NCBI GenBank assembly: GCA_965232985.1
Contig: CBDDRC010000042.1
Span: 89,299-153,298 of the forward strand
DNA: 64,000 nucleotides
Direction of reading: 5' to 3'
Source of the DNA: an uncultured bacterium
GTDB lineage: Bacteria > Pseudomonadota > Gammaproteobacteria > Pseudomonadales > JADFDG01
Below the pieces are notes generated by a model. That model did not search any database. It was given only the letters and a program-made list of their open reading frames with translations, and was not told where the DNA came from. A program made the position numbers and the translations under genes. The first letter of the stretch is position 1. Each line of letters begins with the position of its first letter. Below, in pieces: positions 55,330 through 64,000 of the stretch.

Positions 55330-55500
55330 TATTTGGTTGGTAGAGTGGGGTCAATCCGTACCGTACGCTGCGGGCTCACCATTCGTATCTGGACTCCTCC
55401 CACAAGGAGCGACGACGTATTTCTTTTCCTGACCTGACGGCGGGCTGCATTCGTATATTCGTATGCAATCCTCAAACATCAGTTGCCAAGACGACCGGGT

Positions 55501-56274
55501 CTATTTCTCCACAAACGCCCGCTCAATCACGTACTCACCCAGATCGCCCTGACGTGATTCGCTAAAGCCGAGCCGATTGAGGATCGCGGAAGTGTCCTTG
55601 AGCATCGACGGCGAACCGCACAGCATGAAGCGGTCTTCCGCTATGTTGAGCGCCGGCAGCCCAAGATCCGCCATCAACCTGCCACTTTCAATCAGCGTGG
55701 TGATGCGGCCCTGGTGCCGCGACGGCTCGCGCGTTACCGTCGGGTAATATTTCAACTGGGCGCGCACCGCTTCGCCGAAATATTCGTTTTCCGGCAGTTC
55801 CTTGTGAAAGAAATCTGCGTAGGCGAGTTCACTCACCCAGCGCACGCCGTGCACCACGATGACGTTGTCGAATGCCGCGTAGGTGTCCGGGTCCTTCACG
55901 ATCGACAGGAACGGCGCAAGACCGGTGCCGGTGCCAAGCAACCACAAGCGCTTGCCGGGTTTCAGGTTGTCCAGCGTCAGTGTGCCGGTCGGTTTGTGGC
56001 CGACGAGAATCTCGTCGCCGGGCTTGAGTTTCTGCAGGTGCTGCGTGAGCGGGCCGTCCTGCACCTTGATGGAAAAAAATTCCATCGTCTCCTCATAACT
56101 GGCACTGGCAATGGAGTAGGCACGCAGCAGCGGGCGCTCGCCCACTTTCAGCCCGATCATCGTGAAATGGCCGCTCTTGAAGCGAAAGCCCGGATCACGG
56201 GTCGTCGTGAAACTGAACAGGGTGTCGTTCCAGTGGTGAACGGAGAGAACACGCTCGGTGCGCAGATTACTCAT
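55501..56274 (-). CDS. fpr: Ferredoxin-NADP(+) reductase
   Basis: LRAYSIASASYEE (RxYS FAD motif) and LWLLGTGTGLAPFLS. The length is 257 aa. Confidence 0.93.
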   Translation of the reverse strand: MSNLRTERVLSVHHWNDTLFSFTTTRDPGFRFKSGHFTMIGLKVGERPLLRAYSIASASYEETMEFFSIKVQDGPLTQHLQKLKPGDEILVGHKPTGTLTLDNLKPGKRLWLLGTGTGLAPFLSIVKDPDTYAAFDNVIVVHGVRWVSELAYADFFHKELPENEYFGEAVRAQLKYYPTVTREPSRHQGRITTLIESGRLMADLGLPALNIAEDRFMLCGSPSMLKDTSAILNRLGFSESRQGDLGEYVIERAFVEK

Positions 56275-56424
56275 GACGGCTCCAGACTTGGCGAGGCTCC
56301 AAACGAACGGGAGTGGACAGCCAGCGGGCCCGAGGGAGGGGCCGACTGCTTGCGGTGCATTCTGGCGGCGCCTAATCTATCGGGGAAGTGGGATATGCTG
56401 TTTTCCCTTATCGGGACTACCTAT

Positions 56425-57303
56425 ATGCGCTACACCCTGCGCCAACTTGAGGTCTTCCTCGCTACCGCCCACGCCGAGAACATCAGCCGCGCGGCCGAAG
56501 CCCTGTCGGTGTCGCAATCTGCAGCCAGCGGCGCCCTCAAGGAACTGGAAGACCGCTACGGGGTGCAACTGTTCGACCGGATCGGCAAACGGCTGCAACT
56601 TAACGACTTCGGCCGGGCCATTCGCCCCCAGGCCGAAGCACTGCTCGCCCGCGCCCGCGAACTCGACCAGGCGCTCACCCGTCATGCCGAGGCCGGCGAC
56701 CTCAAGGTCGGCGCCACCCTCACCATCGGCAACTATCTCGCGGTGGGCATCATGGCGCGCTATATGGCAGCGCATCCCGGTGCGCACGTGAAGCTGGCTG
56801 TCGAAAACACCGCCAGCATCGCCCGCAAGGTGGCGAACTTCGAACTGGATCTCGGGCTGATCGAAGGCGAGCTGACCCACCCGGATCTCGATGTCATCGA
56901 GTGGCGCAGCGACGAACTGGTGGTGTTCTGCGCACCGCATCATCCTCTGGCGAAGAAAAAACAACTCACGGACGCCGACCTGCTTGCCGCCACCTGGCTG
57001 GTGCGCGAGGAAGGCTCCGGCACGCGCCAATCCTTTGATCGCGCGATGCACGGCATTCTGCCGCAACTGACGCTGCTGCCGGAATTGCAGCACACCGAGG
57101 CGATCAAGCGCGCGGTGGAAGCGGGGCTCGGCATTGCCTGCCTGTCGACGGTGACGCTGGAGGATGCGTTCCGCCGCGGCAGCCTGGTGCCGCTCGCGGT
57201 GCCGCACCGCGATTTCACCCGCATGTTCTACTTCATTTTGCACAAGCAGAAATACCGCAGCGCCGGCGTGGCCGAATGGCTGGCGCTGTGCCAGGAAACG
57301 TGA
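56425..57303 (+). CDS. LysR-family transcriptional regulator divergent from fpr (FinR-like arrangement)
   Basis: Track ORF 55714..57303, trimmed to the ATG at 56425 (MRYTLRQLEVFLATAHAENISRAAEALSVSQSAASGALKELE). Confidence 0.88.
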   Translation: MRYTLRQLEVFLATAHAENISRAAEALSVSQSAASGALKELEDRYGVQLFDRIGKRLQLNDFGRAIRPQAEALLARARELDQALTRHAEAGDLKVGATLTIGNYLAVGIMARYMAAHPGAHVKLAVENTASIARKVANFELDLGLIEGELTHPDLDVIEWRSDELVVFCAPHHPLAKKKQLTDADLLAATWLVREEGSGTRQSFDRAMHGILPQLTLLPELQHTEAIKRAVEAGLGIACLSTVTLEDAFRRGSLVPLAVPHRDFTRMFYFILHKQKYRSAGVAEWLALCQET

Positions 57304-57310
57304 CGGTTAC

Positions 57311-57994
57311 TTACGGTCGCGTGACACCCATTTGGGTACAAACGAGCTGCTTGCCGTCGCGCAGCGCTGCCGCCAGGCGCTGCGCCAGCTCCGCCGAGCG
57401 CACGTCAAGATCGCGAGTGACCGGCGGCATACATTCAGCAACCCGCACGTGCACGCGCGAGAAAAATCCCGGCAGCACCGCCTTGTTCCAGCTGCGCCGC
57501 GAAACCCACGGCTTCGACACCCCGACACTCACCGTATAAATCGGCGCATCCATCAGCCGCGAAAACTCGAATACCCCGGGCTTCACCTCATAGATCGGCC
57601 CTTTCGGGCCATCGACCGCAAACGAAACATTGTGGCCGCCGTTGCGGCAAAGCTGGATCAGCCCGCGCAGCGCGCTGGCGCCACCCCTCGAGGACGAACC
57701 GCGCGCAGTGACAGCGCCCAGCCGGCGCAACAGCGCGTCCATCAGCTCGCCATCCTTGCTGGTTGAAGTGATCGTCGCAATGCGATAGCGCACGACCAGA
57801 TGGATCACCGCCAGTTCGTCGCCATGCCAATGCGCAAGAATGACCGGCCGACGGTTCGCGAGCGCGGCGCGGAACGATGCACACTCATCGAACGTGATCC
57901 GCCAGGTCGAGCACAGGGCGCGGTACGTCCAGTACAGCAGGCCCGGTGCCAGGTAACGACGCGACCACGATTTGACAGACACCTTCAGGGGCAT
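57311..57994 (-). CDS. DUF374-family protein (lysophospholipid acyltransferase-like)
   Basis: ILAHWHGDEL (HX4D/E acyltransferase-like motif) and FAVDGPKGP. Confidence 0.7.
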   Translation of the reverse strand: MPLKVSVKSWSRRYLAPGLLYWTYRALCSTWRITFDECASFRAALANRRPVILAHWHGDELAVIHLVVRYRIATITSTSKDGELMDALLRRLGAVTARGSSSRGGASALRGLIQLCRNGGHNVSFAVDGPKGPIYEVKPGVFEFSRLMDAPIYTVSVGVSKPWVSRRSWNKAVLPGFFSRVHVRVAECMPPVTRDLDVRSAELAQRLAAALRDGKQLVCTQMGVTRP

Positions 57995-58075
57995 CGAATT
58001 TTCCGCTTAAAAACGCAGCAAGGGGAAGACGAAGCGGGGATAATACACGCCCTTTTCGCCCGCCCCGCAGTCCCC

Positions 58076-59983
<1,908 letters not shown>

Positions 59984-59998
59984 TGAGGCGCGTCGCAC

Positions 59999-60027
59999 AA
60001 AAAAGCCCGGCAGTGCCGGGCTTTTTT
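59999..60027. terminator. Bidirectional intrinsic terminator between the convergent genes uup and the 60044 gene
   Basis: It reads AAAAAA-GCCCGGC-agt-GCCGGGC-TTTTTT, a GC stem flanked by an A-tract and a T-tract. Confidence 0.85.
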
Positions 60028-60043
60028 GTTATGCGTAAACGAC

Positions 60044-60592
60044 TTACTTCTGCTTGGCCTGCGGCGCCTTTTTCGGGCCTTCGCCGACCAACGGGATACG
60101 CGCGGCGATCTGGGCGCGCACGCCCACCCGCACCTTGTTCTCGATTTGCAGATAACGGGCAAGCTTCAGCGGCGGCAGTGCCTTGGCAAGTTTCGCTGCG
60201 AACGACTTGCGCATGTCGACTTCCGCCTGCTCGGCGGCGAGCATGTCGCTGATCAGCTTGTTGGCAACGTCATCGGTTCCCGTACCCTTCTTCTGCTGCT
60301 CGGCGTAATCGACTATCACCTTGACGGTGCGCTCATTGAGCCCCTGCAGCGCCGCCTGGTATTCCTCATAAATTGGCCAGAACGCCTTTGCCTCGGTTTC
60401 CGTCAGCAGCATGTTGGTAGCGACCAGTGCCTTTTTATCGGCCCGCGCCTTCTCCATGAGAATCGCGTTGTTGTTGGCCGACGCCTCGGTAGCTGCAGCG
60501 GCAGCCGGTGCCTTGGCGTCGGCGGCAAGGGTGATGGCCGGTACGGCGGCGAGCGTCAGCGCGAGTAACAGCGTGCGGGTGGTGATGGACAT
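60044..60592 (-). CDS. Secreted (periplasmic) hypothetical protein
   Basis: It has the signal peptide MSITTRTLLLALTLAAVPAITLAA. The mature part is helical and Ala/Lys/Glu-rich. I cannot assign a family. Confidence 0.6.
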   Translation of the reverse strand: MSITTRTLLLALTLAAVPAITLAADAKAPAAAAATEASANNNAILMEKARADKKALVATNMLLTETEAKAFWPIYEEYQAALQGLNERTVKVIVDYAEQQKKGTGTDDVANKLISDMLAAEQAEVDMRKSFAAKLAKALPPLKLARYLQIENKVRVGVRAQIAARIPLVGEGPKKAPQAKQK

Positions 60593-60695
60593 CGTCGAGG
60601 TCTCCTGGTGTTTCCGGTTGCGGGTTGTTGCGGGATATGAACATGGATACTAAGGGTTGCGATGTTGCTTCAGACCGGGACTCGCCGCCAGAGTT

Positions 60696-61394
60696 TCATT
60701 GCCTGGTGTTGAGATTCCAGTCGATCGGTGTCATGCCGTGCCTGGCCAGATAGGTATTGGCCTGCGAAAAATGCCGGCAGCCCAAAAAGCCACGATGCGC
60801 CGACAGCGGCGACGGATGCGGCGCGGTAAGCACCAGATGGCGCTGCCGATCAATAAATGCGCCCTTTTTCTGCGCGTAACTGCCCCAAAGCATGAATACC
60901 AGATGCTCGCGTTCACGGTTGAGGCGCTCGATGACGGCATCCGTGAATAACTCCCAGCCACGGCCGGCATGCGACGCCGCCTGGTGGGCGCGCACCGTCA
61001 ATACCGCGTTCAGCAGCAACACGCCCTGCTGTGCCCATTTTTCAAGGTGGCCATGATCGGGCGGCAAAATACCGAGATCCGCCTGCAGTTCCTTGTAGAT
61101 GTTCGCCAGCGACGGCGGGATGGCAATGCCCGGCCGCACGGAAAAACACAGGCCGTGCGCCTGATCGGGCCCGTGATAAGGATCCTGACCGAGGATCACC
61201 ACCTTCACCTCAGCAAACGGCGTCAGGTTGAAGGCATTGAAAATTGCCGAACCCTTCGGAAAAACCAGCTGCCCCTGCTGCTTCTCCGCAAGGAGAAATG
61301 CGCGCAGCGCTGCCATATAGGGCTGTTCGAATTCTCCGGCCAGCGCCTGCTTCCAGCCCGGCTCCAGGGCCACACGGGCAGATGCGGTATTCAT
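60696..61394 (-). CDS. ung: Uracil-DNA glycosylase
   Basis: Track ORF trimmed to the ATG at 61394. It has [24 protein letters not shown] and the HPSPLSA motif. Confidence 0.95.
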   Translation of the reverse strand: MNTASARVALEPGWKQALAGEFEQPYMAALRAFLLAEKQQGQLVFPKGSAIFNAFNLTPFAEVKVVILGQDPYHGPDQAHGLCFSVRPGIAIPPSLANIYKELQADLGILPPDHGHLEKWAQQGVLLLNAVLTVRAHQAASHAGRGWELFTDAVIERLNREREHLVFMLWGSYAQKKGAFIDRQRHLVLTAPHPSPLSAHRGFLGCRHFSQANTYLARHGMTPIDWNLNTRQ

Positions 61395-61401
61395 CACGCC
61401 C

Positions 61402-62112
61402 TCAGCCAACGCCAAACACCAGGCGAAAGCGGTGCGCGAGCACACGCTCGGCACGATCGCGATCAAATGCCTGATCCTTGCGTATCAAGTGCTCATATTC
61501 GAGCTGCAGACATGCTTCGTGAATCAACTCGGCGTCCATAGGCGGATCGATGGTGCCCACCATTGTGCAGAAAGCCATCAGACCTTCGCGTATTTTCTGG
61601 CGAAAAATTTCTGCCTGGTCACGCAGGCGCTCGTCAAGAATGGCCGCCTGCATAAATGCCTGCTCAGCGAGCAAATGCTCGCGGTGCTGCTGCAGCTGCG
61701 CCTCAACAAAATTAGCCACAAGCTTCGCCATTCCGGCAAGAAATTCAGCGCGCTCCTTTTCGTCCTTAAGTGCGTCACCACTGTATTGCGCGGTGAACTG
61801 GTAGATCTGAATCCATACCGGGTCGATCACCTGTGCCTGCGCATTCTCGACGAACAGCGTGAAGGTATCAGCGATGAGCTCGTGGATATCCTTGAAATAG
61901 TAGGTGGTGGCCGACAGCGGCACACCCGCTTCCTGCGCCACCGCGCGATGGCGCACGGCGCGGATGCCATCGCGGATGATGATCCGCAGGGTGGCTTCAA
62001 GTATGGCCCGGCGACGATGCTCGCTGCCGATGCGCGTCGCACGACGGCCACGGTAGCCGCCCGGATCCGTGCTCGCCACTACCTTCACCTTCCTGCGGAA
62101 ATGTTCTTCCAT
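61402..62112 (-). CDS. TetR-family transcriptional regulator
   Basis: Track ORF trimmed to the ATG at 62112. It has the [43 protein letters not shown]. Confidence 0.85.
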   Translation of the reverse strand: MEEHFRRKVKVVASTDPGGYRGRRATRIGSEHRRRAILEATLRIIIRDGIRAVRHRAVAQEAGVPLSATTYYFKDIHELIADTFTLFVENAQAQVIDPVWIQIYQFTAQYSGDALKDEKERAEFLAGMAKLVANFVEAQLQQHREHLLAEQAFMQAAILDERLRDQAEIFRQKIREGLMAFCTMVGTIDPPMDAELIHEACLQLEYEHLIRKDQAFDRDRAERVLAHRFRLVFGVG

Positions 62113-62168
62113 GGTCACTCTCCTCCTTCCCTGAGGGTTCCGGATCAATGCCTTAGCGCATATCACAC

Positions 62169-63701
62169 TCAACGATTGGGCCGCATGTGCGGAAAAAGTA
62201 TCACGTCGCGGATCGATGGCGAATTGGTGAACAACATTACCAGCCGGTCGATGCCGATGCCCTCGCCGGCGGTCGGCGGCAGGCCGTGCTCCAGCGCCGT
62301 GATGTAATCCTCGTCGAAGAACATCGCCTCGTCGTCGCCGGCTTCCTTCTCGGCGACCTGGGAACGAAAACGCTCGGCCTGGTCTTCCGGGTCATTCAGC
62401 TCCGAGAAACCGTTGGCGAGCTCGCGCCCGCCGACGAAAAACTCGAAGCGATCGGTAACGAAGGGATTGGCATCCGAGCGCCGCGCCAGCGGTGACACTT
62501 CCGTCGGGTACTCGGTGATGAAAGTGGGTTGGCGCAGGGTGTGCTCGACGGTTTTCTCGAAAATCTCGATCTGCACCTTGCCCAGGCCCCAGGAATCCTT
62601 GAGCGGGATGCCAAGTTTTTTTGCTGCCGTGCGGGCACCGTCGAGCGTCGCGAGCTGCGCAGGGGTGATATCCGCATTGCGATCAAGAATCGAATCGAAA
62701 ACGCTCATTCGGGTGAACGGCGTGCCGAAGTCGATCTCCTCACCCTGATAGACCAGTTGCGTGGTGCCCAGTACATCCTGCGCCAGCGTGCGCAACATAT
62801 CCTCGGTAAGGTCCATGAGGTCGAGATAAGTTGCGTAGGCCTGGTAGAACTCGATCATGGTGAACTCGGGGTTGTGGCGTGTGCTCAAGCCCTCGTTGCG
62901 GAAGTTGCGGTTGATCTCGAACACCTTCTCGAAGCCGCCGACCACCAGCCGCTTCAGATACAGTTCCGGCGCGATGCGCAAAAACATCTCGATATCCAGC
63001 GCATTGTGGAAGGTGACAAAGGGCTTGGCGACAGCACCACCTGGAATCACCTGCAGCATAGGTGTTTCGGCCTCGATGAAATCGCGCCGCACGAGGTAAT
63101 GACGAATGCCGGCAACGATTTTGGCGCGGACGTGAAAGGTTTTGCGTGTTTCCTCGCTGACGATCAGATCGACATAGCGCTGGCGATACTTCATTTCCGT
63201 ATCGGTCAGACCCTTGTGCTTTTCCGGTAGCGGCCGCAATGCCTTGACCAGCAAACGCGGGTTTTCCATATCCACATACAAATCACCCTTGCCGGATTTG
63301 CACAGCAGACCTTCGGCGCCCACGATATCGCCCAGATCCCAACCCTTGATATTTTCCAGTTGTTCAGGCGACAGCGTCTTGCGATTGACGTACAACTGGA
63401 TGCGGCCAGTCATGTCCTGAATAACGATGAATGCCCCGCGATTGAGCATGATGCGGCCGGCGACGCTGGCGCGCAGCGTCAGTTGCTCTATGGCTTCCTT
63501 CGATTGCTCCGCGTAGTGCGCCTGCAGGTCGGCACAATAGTGGTCGCGGCGAAAATCATTGGGGAATGCGTTGCCGCTCTGCCGCAGAACCGACAGTTTG
63601 GCGCGGCGCTCAGCGATCAGCCGATTCTCATCCACAACCGCATTCACAGCGGCATCCTGTACGTTCGGCGGCATATCGTTGCGCTGGTCAGTCATGGGCA
63701 T
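62169..63701 (-). CDS. lysS: Lysine-tRNA ligase (class II)
   Basis: [43 protein letters not shown] (motif 2) and [12 protein letters not shown] (motif 3). The start is at 63701 or 63695. Confidence 0.96.
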   Translation of the reverse strand: MPMTDQRNDMPPNVQDAAVNAVVDENRLIAERRAKLSVLRQSGNAFPNDFRRDHYCADLQAHYAEQSKEAIEQLTLRASVAGRIMLNRGAFIVIQDMTGRIQLYVNRKTLSPEQLENIKGWDLGDIVGAEGLLCKSGKGDLYVDMENPRLLVKALRPLPEKHKGLTDTEMKYRQRYVDLIVSEETRKTFHVRAKIVAGIRHYLVRRDFIEAETPMLQVIPGGAVAKPFVTFHNALDIEMFLRIAPELYLKRLVVGGFEKVFEINRNFRNEGLSTRHNPEFTMIEFYQAYATYLDLMDLTEDMLRTLAQDVLGTTQLVYQGEEIDFGTPFTRMSVFDSILDRNADITPAQLATLDGARTAAKKLGIPLKDSWGLGKVQIEIFEKTVEHTLRQPTFITEYPTEVSPLARRSDANPFVTDRFEFFVGGRELANGFSELNDPEDQAERFRSQVAEKEAGDDEAMFFDEDYITALEHGLPPTAGEGIGIDRLVMLFTNSPSIRDVILFPHMRPNR

Positions 63702-63729
63702 GCCATTGGTGTTGGTACAGGGGCGATCA

Positions 63730-64000
63730 TCACAGGCCGGCCTTCAGGCTTGCATCAATGAAGTCGTCGATATCACCATCAAGAAACTTGCCGGTGTTGC
63801 TCGTTTCCATGCCGGTGCGCAAATCCTTGATCCGCGACTGATCGAGCACGTAGGAGCGAATCTGGCTGCCCCAGCCGACATCGGCCTTGGTCGCTTCCAG
63901 CGCCGACTTCACGACGTTGCGCTTCTGGATTTCCAGCTCATACAACTTTGCCGCCAGCATTTTCATCGCCTGGGCACGATTCTGGTGCTGCGAGCGGCCA
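63730..64000 (-). CDS. prfB: Peptide chain release factor 2, C-terminal part (the 5' end lies beyond the window)
   Basis: [43 protein letters not shown] matches the RF2 C-terminus. The prfB-lysS order is conserved. Confidence 0.9.
   Translation of the reverse strand, partial: GRSQHQNRAQAMKMLAAKLYELEIQKRNVVKSALEATKADVGWGSQIRSYVLDQSRIKDLRTGMETSNTGKFLDGDIDDFIDASLKAGL

Overview
This is a 64-kb window of a high-GC (roughly 65% by eye) proteobacterial chromosome. Gene order looks gammaproteobacterial and Pseudomonas-like: tesA/ybbA-ybbP; glnE-ilvE followed by an LPS-core-like glycosyltransferase operon; argA-ilvD; folA-ald-thyA-lgt; sdhE-ygfX/ygfZ; a valine-catabolic operon (mmsA, acyl-CoA dehydrogenase, 3-hydroxyisobutyryl-CoA hydrolase, mmsB); fpr with a divergent LysR regulator; uup; ung; and lysS-prfB. 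I call about 70 protein-coding genes. I saw no rRNA, tRNA or CRISPR array. Many long ORFs in the supplied track are antisense or alternate-frame artefacts of the high GC content, or spurious N-terminal extensions, and I trimmed the starts accordingly. All family names come from motif recognition and memory, since no searches were run. Two lower-GC accessory insertions stand out. Island A (about 23.9-27.0 kb) carries a DUF4160/DUF2442 pair, a vapBC-like pair whose PIN gene is frameshifted, and a compact minus-strand module of unknown function: an unassignable 205-aa protein, a 4-nt-coupled lipoprotein with an internal tandem repeat that is broken at a G8 homopolymer, and a 58-aa Cys-containing peptide. 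Islet B (about 53.85-55.36 kb) carries DUF4395, the truncated left end of an IS3-family element and an intact phd/vapC pair, and it is bracketed by imperfect direct repeats. Other notable items are listed here. (1) A heavily decayed nosZ (nitrous-oxide reductase) relic lies between tonB and regB. (2) A TonB-dependent receptor / Cys-His-rich BNR propeller / TlpA-like thioredoxin / TonB cluster sits next to that relic. (3) An orphan GspE/PilB-family ATPase has its Walker-B catalytic Glu replaced by Lys. (4) A ceramidase-family protein lacks the HxH zinc/catalytic histidines. (5) An LPS-like operon contains two ELM1/DUF1022 paralogues. The best candidate for an undescribed system is the coupled module at 25.46-26.98 kb, which may be an effector/immunity-like pair. 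That reading is inference from sequence-intrinsic features only.
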